DNA of 64,000 nucleotides from Epiperipatus broadwayi. Lineage: Eukaryota; Animalia; Onychophora. The stretch lies in the NCBI GenBank assembly GCA_028023455.1, contig JAQFVV010000005.1:23312001-23376000 (forward strand), given 5' to 3'. Made by a program: the position numbers and the translations under genes. Numbering within the stretch: the stretch's first letter is position 1; every line of letters starts with the position of its first letter. The notes under the pieces are model-generated. The model did not search any database. It was not told the origin of the DNA and saw nothing but the letters and a program-made list of their open reading frames with translations. Positions 48,728 to 62,932 of this stretch are shown here, piece by piece.

Positions 48728-51700
48728 ATGAGAATATGATTTTTTAAATTTCATCAATATTGCAATTTTATAAATAAACTAACAATCTATTCTCATTCAT
48801 TGGTGTTATAGTTAATTCAAAACAACTGCAAAATTGTCTAAATCTTACTAAAAAGACCGTGTTATTAAATAGGTATTGACTTATTGTTATTCTTTAAGGA
48901 TAGGATAACTTCAATTATTGGTATGTCATAGAAAGCAGTATATAAAAATAAAATTTGGAGAGTTTCTTGCTGATCATTCCTTTATATATGTATAATTCTT
49001 AATATAAGATACTGATTGATATTTTTAATTTATGAAAAGACTGTAATCTATGCATCAAAAGATCACATTATAATTATTTCATATTGTTTAGATAGTAGAG
49101 ATTTTTTTAGCCAATCTTAAAAGATCACAATGCTTATTTTTTGGATTTATATACATGATGAAATGTATATTTTAAAACTAGAAAGCAATGACAAGTTTAT
49201 TACTGATGATGTGTTCATTATTAATCGCACAATACCAAGTAAAACTTTGAAGTCATATAGTTACTTTCTGGCTTTTGTTTATATAGTTTCTGTTGCATAA
49301 TATTTTTGCTTATGCTTATATATAGATAAATAGAATAAATTTTGGTATTTTAATCTCAAATCTCCTTTGAATGATTTCTGATTCTAATTATAGTTTTCTA
49401 TTATTCTATGTTTTTGTAACCTGTCTATTAATATCAATATAATAATCAATTTTCATTATTTCTTCTTTACCTATAGGAAACTTGGTAAAGGATAAGCTAA
49501 TGGAACTGAGCAAGAAAAAAAAAAATTATACAGCATATATTTGTTAATTCTTTTTAAATAATATCCAATTTAATAATAGTCTTTAATTTTATGTAAATAG
49601 CATATATTGGTTATATTTAGAGACAATGTAGTCAGATTAAACATGTTTCGGAGCTAATAAGTCTATTATAATTGATTTGATTGTTTTGTAAGAAGTATAA
49701 TTAGTGATATCTTATAAAAAATGAAGTGAGACAAGAATCTTATAGCATAGTAGTTGATACATTAGTCTGTGATAGCTATGTCTTAAAATTCTAATTTATA
49801 ATAGTAACAAAAATTCTTTGGGTAACTGAAAATTTCCATGTAAATTCAGGATTTTTTTTTTTTTTTGATAGTCATTTTCTAGTCAACTCAGTTATTGGTC
49901 AACATGTTGATATCTATTTGTAAGATAAAACAAAGAAGTAAAAAACCATTAAAAAAAATTCTTACCAGCATTTTGGCTAACCCAGTGACTAATTTCCTGT
50001 CTTCCAGTTCTCTTAATGTGGGGCTTTTACTTATCTTGGTTTAATTTAAGGTTGTTATTTTTTAATATGAAAAATCTAAAAATACAGGTCTTAGCTATGT
50101 AAGGAATTGGCAATCTTTAGATGAATCTATATTTATGTTATTAGATTGATTTTTTGTCATTTATTTCTATATTACTATTGCTTTCTGTAGTCGCCATTAG
50201 AAAAGTGGACCTATGAATTGTTTGAACCAAAGTCTTTCACCATTTTGTCATTATTATTGAGGCAAGACAATTTTAGACTTTTTATATCTCAGTTATCATG
50301 TTTATTATTTGATTGAATTGGAAATGGCAACTATATTTCTGTTAAATCATATATATATTATGAGTGAATGCATTTAAGTACCATTTTTTTGCTCATATTT
50401 AACTAAAATATAAGTTGTTATATAATAAACCAAATTATGATAATACAATATTTTCAGGATCAGTTTTAAAGAATTTTGTTTGTCAGTAGTGCCAAGCATC
50501 AGCCACTAGTGAGAATACGTTTGAAACTTAATAAGCAAATTATATATATTATATCTTAAGTAAATAATTAATTAAATGCAATTACAATAGCTTTGTAATA
50601 TCTTAGTTATATAATTAATTTGTTATATATATTCTTTTTTTTTTTTTTAGTTACTATTGTATTATGTAAACTTAATTTTTTTTTTTTTTATAAATAATAA
50701 TGGGCTTACCAAACTTTTGACAATAAATTACTAATTTTACAGAATGTAGAAAATGTGAAATACAGTTATATATATATTCTTTCTATTAATTATTTTTTAA
50801 TTGGCTGTGAATTAAGGAAGGTTAAAAGTAATGACTTCCAAGACAGTCATTTGGTATATGTTTTAATATTTTGCTGACATTAGTTATTAAAAATACTTTT
50901 TAGAGTGTAGGTATTTTTTATTATATTACTATATATATTAGGATGTATATAGAAAATATATATTTGAATTTCAAAAAATGGATACTCCTTCCATATAGTA
51001 ACAAAGAATGTAAGGAAAAATACTTATGTATTAATCCATAGACAATAGAGAAATAATAGCTCAATTAAAACACTATATTTTTTAGGGAGATGTGGCTAAA
51101 AGAATATTGTGTTTATATATATATATATATGGTAGAATGCCATTATATATTCACTCTTTTAAGCTAGATTTCATGATTGCTTGGACATCCTTTTTAATAT
51201 ATTAATATGTACAGAGAATAGAAAGATTTAAAATTTTTTAAAAACTTCCAAAATCTAGTTTGATACTTAAATACAATGCCTTTTGTAAACTTTTATTTCA
51301 CTAATGGTTTTGACTTATTAACAGTCTTCATCAGGACTAAAAAAATAATTTAATACACATATTAAAATTTATTAATAATCTTAAATATGTTACTTGATAT
51401 CCAGTATTATCATAGTAAATTTTAGAATTTATGTTAAAATTATTTTTTTAGTTCTGTTAGTGAAATAAAGTATTATTAAAAGAGATTGCATTCAAGTTCA
51501 TAGAAGTAAATTTTTGAAGTTTTTGAATATGGATAATACAGTGCGAAAAAAAAGGAATGTTTTAAATACATACAAAGATTGCAAATTAGCAGAGTTATGA
51601 TTATGATTAGCATCCACGTCATAATAATAATTGGTTTGGAATTTGGTGCAATAGAACATATTGAATGAAAATTCAATTTCAAAAAGGAAGCTGGGGAAGG

Positions 51701-52258
51701 AGTATTTATTTATTTTTATTCTGGTTTTTTTTTTTATTTGTCTAAAAATTAATTTAAGGATCTGTTGTAAAGCTAGACACATAATTAATATACAAATATT
51801 TATATATGTCTTTTAAATAAACTACTAGAATGCTGATTTAAATTTCAGTGATTCTCATAGCTTTGTGATCAGAGAGCATAGAATATTAGATCATTATTTT
51901 AGTGGTTGGACTTTTTTCCATCTAACCTTAAAAAAGCTTATTACAGCATTTCAAATTCAAAATTTCTTTATAAAGTGATTATTCCAATATATAACAATAT
52001 CAAAATGTTCCTTAATTGGTGCTATAACAGATTAAATTGATGCTTAGATGAACAATGTCTGCTGCGTCCAATTCATGTTCAGATTACTCTAGTTTTAAAC
52101 TCTAAAAAAAGTTATAATTTTTATTTTTTAATTTACTATATATTCATTCATTATTGTGATCGATATAAACATGTAGTTAAAATATATATAAACATGTATT
52201 TTAATTTATGTTTCAGCAAGTAGTTTTAAAGTTGAATATATCTTTTTTAAATAAATCA

Positions 52259-52370
52259 TACCCATTTCCTCCTCTCTTACAAGACAGGGGATCAATTTTA
52301 ACAATTTACAAGTATCTTTTCTAATGAATCTTACCCATTTCCTCCTCTTATGAGATAGGGGATCAATTTT
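52259..52370. repeat. Short direct duplication (about 40 bp, 73-bp spacing)
   Basis: tacccatttcctcctct...gaca/gataggggatcaatttt occurs at 52259 and 52332. Confidence 0.8.
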
Positions 52371-55300
52371 TATTTAAAATAATATTTAATTTTTATATAT
52401 TTATTAAGCTGCTATAATTGTCAGTTATTAAAAAAATATTTTTGATGTTTGATTCATGGATTATTAATGTATTTTAATTTGTATGACTTTTTTTTTTTAT
52501 TATAATGAATATTAATGATTTGATTTTATGAGACTATTTTAACTCTATATGTATATATGTTGCATTTTATTAAGCATACACTATGGAATATCACTCATAT
52601 TTCAAATATGACAACTAGTGTGGCGTCTTTATATTTTTCTCTATTTTTTTTAACATCCAGATATTAATTATATTATTATTTTCCAATATATTTAACATTT
52701 ATGTGTAGCAAAATGTAGATATTCTAAACTAATAAATTGAACTTATAAATATTTCAATAGACATTTAACAAATGTAAATCTAAATATAGACTTAAGCATT
52801 GTACCACATAAAAAATATTTTTGTTATATAAAACAGTTTTTTAAAAAATCTGATTTCAAGTTAATATTTTTTTCTATTGATACAAGCTTTATATTGGGTA
52901 ATATAGTTTACAATTTTGAATTTGGCTGTTATATTATATCTTCCATTGTATTTCTACAATGAGTTAATAGAGGGTGCTTAAATGCTGTCATTCATAATAT
53001 AATATTATAAGTTGTAATTATGTAATGTATCAATTACATAGTTAGTTATACCATATCGGTAAGATATTGTTTCTCTGTGAGAAATTGTATATACACACAC
53101 AAATATCAGTGGTAATTCCTACGTTTCTATACTGATATACTTTAGTATACTCTTTAATTAAAAGTGGAAATCCAACTTTCATTCATTTTTTTCTATATTA
53201 TAGTATATTATTAAAATCTTTTAGTAAATGAATGTCACATGGTCATTATCTTTCTTTCATTTCTTAATATCAAAAAGCATTTGAAATCTCTGTTGATCAA
53301 AAATTTGGAACAGAAAATATTTTGAATCTCCACCAATTTTCATTTTTTTTCCAATTACTTAAAAATCACGTTTTTTCCTAATTAATTTTTGAATAATTAT
53401 CTAATTAATTTAAGTTATATATGTGAGAAAATTGCATACTTATACTTTTAAATGAAAACTCAATTTAAAAGAAGGAAAAAATGAAATTATATTCAGTGAA
53501 CATTTACAAGTTATAAATAAAATAGAATAAAAAGCTTTAATTTGAAACATTTTTTTTTTATAGTTTCATTTTTATAAATTTATGCTAACATGTTTCTGTA
53601 TTAGTGTTTTAATAACTCATAGGTTATAGCTTTTACTTTGTTAATTATGCTTTATTTGCTTTCTTTATTGTTTTACTATTTACATGAAATGTGTTGAATA
53701 TGAAAGAAATAATCTTCCATAAGAATCACCACATAACTTAAAATTGATATTATTTGATATAATTGAAACAGTTTAGCAAAATAAAAATTATTTAAGTCAT
53801 TTTAGAATATTTCAATAGCATAAAATGTATGCAGCACATTGTTTCCTGCCAAAAGCTATTAGTGGGATATGTTTAGGTAAATGTTAATTTATGTATGCAT
53901 ACATATTATAGCAGATTGAATAATGGATTTCCTTAGTCATTTTTAAATAGCAATAATTCAATAGTAGATAAAAATATACAATATAGTAGGTAAATAAGAC
54001 AAGTACTTCATATTTTACTTGTCTAAGGATTTATCCTTAGTGTATGTTTATGTGTGTATATATGGGTATACCAAAGTGACGTTTTCACTAGTGAAAGATG
54101 CATTATAATTCATAGTAGCTTTTATGGAATACTATATAGAATATTAAAATATATAACTACTGATGTTTTGGCAAAATAGTATTTGTCTTTGTCTGGGAAA
54201 AGATGTTATTATGTGATTATTGCGAAAGGGCTAGAAGTTGTTGCTTTTTTTTTCACAACTGTCAGCATCTTCAATGAATATATAACACTTTTTCCCAGTC
54301 AAAGATAAATGTTATTTTGATGAAACATTGACAGATATATTAATATTCTATATAATTGTAACCAAAAGCTTCTATGAAGTATAATATATTGGTATGAGTA
54401 TATCTATCTTTTGTAGTATTTAATGTAACTTTTAATGCATTTCCATCTATGAATCAGACTTCAAATTTTTTTCACATGAGATGAATTTAAAATTTAAAAA
54501 AATTATAAATTAATTTAACATTAGAAAGTTTATATTAATATGTAAATTTATGGCTAAAATATGTACAGCGGTTTATGTATTTTTTATGTTACTGTTATTA
54601 TAAATTTCTGTATAAAGCAAACATCATTCCATTATTTTTTTTATTATTATTATATAATTTTATTTAATAATATTTTATTGATTGTAATAAACTATTAAAT
54701 ATTTACGCTGATGCGACCAACAAAATATGTAGCTGTTTAAATTCTGTGTACATTTTCATAATTATTTTAAGCAGTTTTATATTTGTTAATGTAATTTTAT
54801 TTTTTAATATATATATTTATAACTGTTGCTTGAAAGTGTAATGGTTCTTTTTATTTTATATTGTTGTTAGTAGAATTTTTTTTTTATGTTGGACCAGAAA
54901 TAGACCAATTTAGTTATTAGTTTTTAATACCATTATTTCTTTTACATTAACATTCCATTAGACAAAGTTTAATATTTTTTATGTTGTCATATTTAGTTGC
55001 TTATAATAGATTGTAATTACAAATTATTGTTTTATATATATTAATAAAAATGCCATTATCAGAAAATGTTGTTTCAAGTTTTTTTTTCTTCACATTTTTA
55101 AAATATAAATAAATACATTTTGATTGTTAAATACTGATTTCAAAACAAAACTTAATTTGATTTGTCTGACATTATTAGAATATCTTGCCTAATAAATGAT
55201 TGTAATAATCATTAAGGTGTATTTGTCTGGAGTGGATGGGGCCAAAGTTGTGAGTGCAAAAAGTTTGACACATGTAAATCAAATTGTAACATTTGAAATT

Positions 55301-56104
55301 GATAAATACTAAGATTATGACAAAAAAGATCATATAAAACAGCTAAATATATATTAATATACATAAGCCTTTGTCAGTATATAGTTTAGTACCTTTCCCA
55401 AATGTTAGAAAGGGCACTAAATCATGTGCCAAAAACTTTTTTTTATACAGTATATGATTAATATATATTTATATTAACTGTTTTTTTATATGATTTTTTT
55501 TGTTATTGTAATTTATATTGGAATTCATTATTTCCATTTTTGATGACTAAGATTATATGAGTCAAACGAAGAGTGCTAGTTTAGCATGAATTACATGTTG
55601 GAAGTCATTTATCTTTTTTGAATATCTTTATTCATGTTTCAAGAATGTTGGCAGAATGGAAGTTTTAAAATATATTTAAAAATATATATCACACAAAGAA
55701 AAACAGAGATGAATTTGAATTATTCCATGTGATTGTGTTTAATTAAAAGACAGATATATTAATATTTATTTTATATAGCATATGCACAATTAGCATGAAA
55801 GGCTGATATTTGACTGTAATATTTAAATAAGTAAATAACTCAGATGATATGGAACTGAATAGGAAGTAACTGAAGCTTCCAATGAATTATATCACATTTA
55901 ATCATCCATCAACCCAGAAGTCAGACCAACCTCTCGGACCATAGATACATTAGAAACATACATTTTGCCAAGCAATTCATATAGCACATATTAACGATTG
56001 AACTTCATATATACATTATTTCTAGAAAATCTTTAAACTTATTTTTTTTATTATTATTAATTACAATTTTATCACATTACAAAAACGTGAAATGGATAAA
56101 TGAT

Positions 56105-56149
56105 CTCCAAAATGTGTATTTTGTGCTGAACCAGCACTCATCAGTTGGG
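56105..56149 (-). ncRNA. Family B hammerhead motif, probably inactivated (GAAA>AAAA)
   Basis: The minus strand reads cccaa-CTGATGA-GTGCTG gtt CAGCAC-AAAA-tacacatt-ttgga. Confidence 0.65.
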
Positions 56150-58280
56150 CTGGATTACAATCTCTTATACATATCTTCATCATTTGTTCAGTATATATCT
56201 AGATAGCAAATTACTATAGTTTAATTGACAAGTTTAAATTTTCTGCAGTACACATTAATATAAACGACTGTAATGGAAATATATTAATAACTGTTACTAA
56301 TCATTTATCAACCTAGAAATTATCACAAGCTCAAATAATTATTTTTTTATATAAGTCCTATTTAATGGATAATGTATCTGCAGTGGCATAGAGGTATCAA
56401 CAGCTGATTTCCTTGCCGATGTTGACACTGATGATAAGTTTCATACTTTTCACACAAGTTGGGGACAGTATCCACTTTTAACAACTTATAGAGCAGTGTA
56501 CAATCATTGTACTACATTCTGAGGATCAAAGGAGAGCTGTACTTTCAACAATCTCTAAATATGAAATGAATTTTCAGTTATATGTAAATAAATAACTCAG
56601 ATGATATGTAACTGAACAGGAAGTAATGGAAACTTCCACTGAGTTATATCATGTTTGCAATCCTATCACAACTATCCATTTACCCATAAATCAGACCATA
56701 GATACATTAGAAACATTTTGTCAAGTAATTCATATAGCACATGTTACAATTCAACTTCATATACATATTATTTTTAAAAAAACTGCAAACTTAATTTTTT
56801 TTTTTTATTCATTACAAATCTATCACACATTACTGAAATATATGATCAAAGATATGTGAAAAGGGTAAATGATTCCCAAGATGTGCATTTGGTACTGAAC
56901 CAGCACTTATCAGTTGGCTCAGATCACAATACGTTCATCATTTGTTCGGTACATATATGTAAATAATAAGTTACTATAATTTAATTGACAGGTTTCAAAT
57001 TTTCTGCAGCACAATATAAATCATTGTAATGGAAATATATTAATAACTGTTATTAATGATTTATCAATCTAGAAATTATCACTAGTTTAAATAAGTTTTT
57101 ATATGTACAGTATGTCATATTTAATGGATAATGTTTCTGCAGTGGCATAGAGGTATCAATACCTGATTTCCTTGCCCATGTTGATAGTGTTGATAAGTTT
57201 CATAACCACTTTTAACACCTTGTAGAGGGATGTACAGAGTTTTAGTTTCAATAGCTTTTAAATATGAAATGAAAATTCAATTATAATATATGTAAATAAG
57301 TAAATAACTCAGATGATATGTAACTGAACGGGAAATAACTGAAGCTTCCAATGAGATAAATATATATAAAACTTGAGCTAGCAATAATTTCTAGTTTGAA
57401 AAATGATTAGTAAGTTATTAATACATTTCCATTACAGTGGTTTATATTAATGTACTGCAGAAAATTTGAAACCTGTCAATTAAACTATAGTAATTTGCTA
57501 TCTAGATATACTGAATAAATGATGAAGGTATGTGTAAGAGATTGTGATTCGACCAAATCAGTGCTGGTTCAGCACAAAATGTGCATCTTGGGGATCATTT
57601 ACCCTTTTCATATTTGATCATATGTTTCAGTAATGTGTGATAGAATTGTAAATTTTTCTAAAAATAGTGCATATACGAAATTGAATTGTAATGTGCTATA
57701 TGAATTGCTTGACAAAATATGTGTTTCTAATGTATCTATGGTCTGATAGATTGATCTGACTTTTGGACTGATGGATGGTTCTGATAGGATTGCAAATGTG
57801 ATATAACTCTTTGGAAGCTTCAGTTACATATCATCTAAGTTATTTACATATATTAGAATTGAATTTTTATTTCATATTTAGAGATTGTTGAAACTAAAGA
57901 TTTGCTTTGATTCTCTGAATATAGTATAATGATTGTATACCCTTCTACAAGGTGTTAAAATTGGTACTATTCCCACCTTGTGTGAAAAGTGTGAAACTTG
58001 TCAATATCAACATGGGCAATAAAATCAGGTGTTAATACCTCTATGCCACTGCAAATACATTATCCATTAAATAGGACTTATAAAAAAAAAACCTTATTTA
58101 AGTGTGATAATTTCTAATTTGATAAATGATTAGTAACAGTTACTAATATATTTATGTTATAGTGGTTGACATTAATGTTGTACTGTAGACAATTTGAAAC
58201 CTGTCAATTAAACTATAGTAATTTGCTATCTATATATATATTGAACAAATGTGAAGATATATGTGAGATTGTGATATGAG

Positions 58281-58324
58281 TCAACTGATGAGTACTGGTT
58301 CAGTATGAAATACGCATCTTGGGG
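58281..58324 (+). ncRNA. Family B minimal type I hammerhead motif (best-preserved copy), predicted cleavage 3' of C58318
   Basis: tcaa-CTGATGA-GTACTG gtt CAGTAT-GAAA-TACGCATC-ttgggg. The consensus stem III is the palindrome ATGCGCAT, with an AUC triplet. Confidence 0.8.
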
Positions 58325-59744
58325 ATCATTTATCCTTTTCACATATCTTTGATCATGTATTTCAGTAATGTGAGATAGAATTGTAATTGATAAAAAAAAA
58401 AAATTAAGTTTGAAGTTTCTTTAGAAATAATGGGTATATGTGATTGAATTGTAACGTGTATTATATGAATGTTACTAGTGTAGCTATTGTCTGAGAGGTT
58501 GAACTGACTTCTGGTCAGATTGATGGTTGTGATAGGATTGCAAACATGATATAACTCATTGGAAGTTTTTTTAATATTTGTTTTCTCCTTTTTTTTCTAC
58601 ACTATGTCATTATTCTTATTATCACTAATACAAGATTTTTTATTTTCTTGTAGCTTATTGTTTGAACATAAGTTTTATTTTCTTAAAAAATCTTATTTTA
58701 CATTTGACTTCATTATGTATATTTTGTTATTCAACAAATTTGTTTTAATATTTTGCAGTGATTTATTAATAGTTCAATTTTTTTTGTCAAAAGGTAATCT
58801 TATTTCTGCCATTATTAAATTGTGATCCAAATCTCTAATAGCACATGATGAATACATGCATTCCTAATATTATATCTAAAACATTATGCAATTTACTTGA
58901 AACCTATTCTTATTATCAGAAGATTTTCATTTGGGAATTCTTTCATGATTTTAAAAGCTATGTGTTAATTATTTCAATATTATTTTTGCTTCGAAATTTT
59001 ATATGTTCATACTTATTATATACTCTGATAATCTCTAATTAAATATTTCCTGACTTACTAAGTATCTCCATTACAAGTAATTTTGCTTTCTTTCATTGTG
59101 TTGTGTAACATGTATGAATAAACTTCTGTGAGCAATAAAACATTACAAACTTTGATTAAATGAGTCAAATGCCTCGATGAAATTAATAAAAGCAGTATAT
59201 AAATCACATCTTTGCTTGTGACACTTTTGTTTTTGTATTTTGATAGCACCAAAAACCATATCTACAGTGTTTCTGGATTCTCTAAAACCATTTGCATTGC
59301 GGTTTTAGAGAATTAAATATCTAATGGTACTTAATCTATGACTGCAAACAACACATTGAACAAAGACACTGAAATTGTTTTTGCTCTAATAGTTAACAAA
59401 TTATTGAATGTTCAATTGCTTGGCTAGTCGTGTGGCATTTGAAAAATGAAAATGACAAGTTGGACTGAAATTCAGGAATTGAACTGCAATTCAGGAATCG
59501 CTAGCTTTGGGATACATCTTTTTATTACTGCATTAAACAATATGGAATAACATTTTTAAACTAGATTGGCCCGCGTTCAAATTCAATCATAGATGTGGCA
59601 TACAGAAGCACAATGAGGCTATTCATATAAAATAATACTATAATTAATTGGTTTAGATCATGTAAAATTTGAGCATCCCAATGCAGATGAGCATTTAATA
59701 GTTTTATTCAATTAGTCTAAAAGGAGTTTTTATTCTAGTGAGAT

Positions 59745-60290
59745 AACCACTAAACATCACATGATCACAATTCCTTATGCTTTCTCATAACTGGTATTAA
59801 AACAGGCAAAACTCTTCATACAGTAGTGCTACTCAGTGCAAACCAGAGTAATCAATGGATGCCAGAAAGCTTGTGCATATAATCCCTATCTAGTGCCTAC
59901 TCAGCCAATATTCCCAGATTAGTTTCTTCCTTGTAGCTTTTATTAGTGAGGAGCCTTGAATCTGAGAACACTGAGTTCATATCTATATGATTATATAAGC
60001 TAATGAGCTTGGATTGAAAATATCATTGTGTTTTCAATTTGAAACTCATAGTTTTGTGGTTAAGTAGAGATAAAAGGTGGCTGCTGGGGATTGCATTAGA
60101 CCCTAAGATTAGATGCAGTGCTCTCAGATCTAAGGCTCCTCACTGATGAAAGCCACAAGCTAAAAACTAGTCTGGGAATATTGGATGAGTAGGCGCTAGA
60201 TAGGGATTTTATGCACAAACCTTAATGGCATACATTGATTACTCTGGCTTGTACTGAGTGGCACTACTGTATGGAGAGTTTTGCCTGTTT
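59745..60290. mobile_element. Family A element, copy 6
   Basis: TSD tattctagtgaga at 59731-59743 and 60291-60303. The minus-strand part (decayed ribozyme near 59912-59953) runs to about 59972, then the plus-strand part carries a ribozyme motif at 60137-60178. Confidence 0.92.
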
Positions 60291-62519
60291 TATTCTAGTG
60301 AGAATTGATTCTGAACTTTTAGTAGTAAATTTGATATGCTTTCTGTAAAATTTTTATCTTTTATAAATTGTAATAAGTGTTCTCATTCATATAGGCAGAA
60401 TTCTGCTTAAGTAATACTGACTTTTATAAATTCAGAGGTTAAGAAAAAAAACAATGTGCACTTTTTTACTCAAAAGGACTTCAGTTCATATCTGTTACAA
60501 GGGCAGTTATTTTCATAATGCTCTAGAATCATCTAGGGTAAGCTTAAGTAATCAATGGACATTAGACGGTGTAGTGCTATAATATCATCTCTAAACTAAA
60601 GCAATTTCTGCTTTTTGTCTTCGTCAGTAAAAATTAGGATTTAAAATTGAAAATATATTTATAGATCCAGAAAGATCCTCTTATTCCTTTATATTATTCA
60701 AACTAATAATCTGAAATTTAAAAAAATCCCCAAAGTTTCATTCCTAGGCTAAATCATTTGCAGATCAGTTTCTATGGATAGATGATCTTAGTCTTCACTG
60801 ATAAAGGCAAAATTCTGAAGCTGTTTGGTTCTGGATAAGAATTTTATGGCAGCTTACTATAAATAACTCTAGGATGAAAATATTGTTCTTGGAAGCATAT
60901 TAAAAGTTGTGGATTGTTGTTCTTGGTAGAACATCTTTTATAATACATTGTAGCTCATTTTATTTGTTAAAAAATATTTTCATATTCTGCAACATGGACA
61001 AGAATAAACAAACTTTTTGATAGATTTTTTTTTTGTGTTGATCCTAGAAATAGTTTAATTATTCAGATTATTTGACAAGAGAGAATGTTGATAAAAATGA
61101 AATATTTATGGAAATGTGTTTTTTATCTGCTTACGCTTCATGATATATTGACTAATCATGACAATACTATAGAATTCAACTCCAAAATGGTCAAGACCTG
61201 GGATTCACATGTAGAAATGGAATCATTTTTTAAAAATAAAAGTTGGATAAATTCTGTTTATTTACCCATAGCTAGTCATCCATTATTGGTTGGTTAATGG
61301 ATGTCTATCCACTTTTAACTGAAGGCAAAATCTTGTCTTATTAAAAATATAATAATTGACTTTTTTGGAAACAATCATCAGTCTTAAATGGAAGACAGCA
61401 CAATGAGTGAGGCTCTGTTTTGTGTATGCATATGTATATACACACATTATATGTAAGCTGTGACTATTTTATTTTCAATGACAGCTATTGTAATGTTCCA
61501 TAGTGATTATGATCTACTTTCTTAATGAAAATCAATTGAACATTGGTTCTGGGAATATGTAGGCTTTATCTACCTAATATGATGCTCATATAAAATGACG
61601 ATAGAGATCATCTCTCTAATATCAGAAAATCTGCATCAAAGAATTCCATCTTTTCTCTCATAAATCTATTTTTTTCAAATCAATAATAGTTTATCTACAT
61701 AAATATTTATTTCAGCAATACTAAAATTTACATTTTTTGAGAAGAATGAAATGAAGAAAATTAAATAACCTCTTTTAATAAAGATTTGTGAGTCTGAAGT
61801 TATTAATTTGTTCAAAACATTAATATTACAGCAAACTAGAATATGAATTTGAATTGTGGGATGGTAATAGAGTATGTATCTGTATTATTTTGTAATATCA
61901 TTGCACTCAAGAAACTGATTTGACAGGAAATCATTGATAGTATATTTTTAATTTGATTTTGGCAGTGATTTAATTTTTAATTTGAGTATTTGGATTATCT
62001 ACTGTCATTGTAATTTTTTTCTATCTCATAATCCATCTTCTTTCTTTTAATTAGCATCTGTAAATATCCATTAAAATGGAATTATGATAAGTAGGAGGAG
62101 GAAAATTTGATAAAGGGGAAGAATTATTAAAAGTAAATTTTCACATAAATAGAGAAAATATACAATGTCTTAATTTGTAGAAATAATACAATATGCTCTA
62201 AAGATTGTCATAGGATATAAAAAATAGGAATATCTACTTAATCACACATTTTAGAATTAGGGAACATTTAATCTTGAAAATAGAAGTCTATATTTTTAAG
62301 ATTAATATGACTGAACTCATGTTGTCATAGGATATTAATAATCAAATAGTTTATTATTTAGGGATTCATAAGAAGTTTAAGTATTGGAAGTGACAGAAAT
62401 GGAGCCATGAATGAATCTTGAACTCCAGAATCCACCATTCTACTATTGCATTAAAGATATAGGCATTATATATTGTTTTCCTGAAGTGATGATGGTATTT
62501 TAATTGTGTTTATATGTTA

Positions 62520-62932
62520 GACTATTTCCATCATCTAATATTAAGTATGGAATGTCTTTAAAAAAATTAACCTTATTCAAATTTTCCAATTACATTCGAT
62601 TGGTAATAGCACCTTAATGTATGCTCAATGTTTCTAATGGTATTATTCTCTCTACTTCAGGCATTTCTGGTTTGATCAGTGATAGTACTAGCATAGGAAT
62701 AGAACCTGGACCTTTTCCAGGATGGATCAGTTGGTTAGAGTGTTACCTTAAAATTCAAGAATCTAAAAGTCCCAGTTTGATTCCCATATTAGTACTATTA
62801 CTAGTCAGGCCAGCGGCACCTGAAGAAGACCTGTGCATATAGTAACCTGAATGCTATTACTAACAATTGAATGTACTTGGAAAAATTTAAATAAAGTCAT
62901 TCAATATTTAATATTAGATGATGGAAATAGTC
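62520..62932. repeat. Element with about 85-bp imperfect inverted repeats around a GC-richer core
   Basis: gactatttccatcatctaatattaa...gtaatagca (62520-62611) pairs with 62852-62932. Confidence 0.75.

Larger units (their letters stand above)
55820..58566. mobile_element. Family B hammerhead-bearing tandem array: about 2.1 units on minus and about 1.6 units on plus, head-to-head
   Basis: aataactcagatgatatg recurs near 55835, 56591 and 57303. The strand switches near 57370. Ribozyme motifs lie at about 56105-56149 (-), 56875-56917 (-), 57553-57592 (+) and 58281-58324 (+). Confidence 0.9.

Noticed and set aside
49967-50035. Possible minus-strand exon SPTLRELEDRKLVTGLAKML with a gtaag donor
   Set aside because: It is short, has a weak acceptor and has no partner exons or recognisable homology.
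55816-58578. taatattt as a TSD for the family B array
   Set aside because: Only 8 bp of pure AT, which is expected by chance at this base composition.
16225-60290. Family A repeats as a CRISPR array or TIR DNA transposon
   Set aside because: The context is eukaryotic, there is no repeat-spacer periodicity, inverted segments vary in length and position between copies, and TSDs are 12-15 bp with variable sequence.
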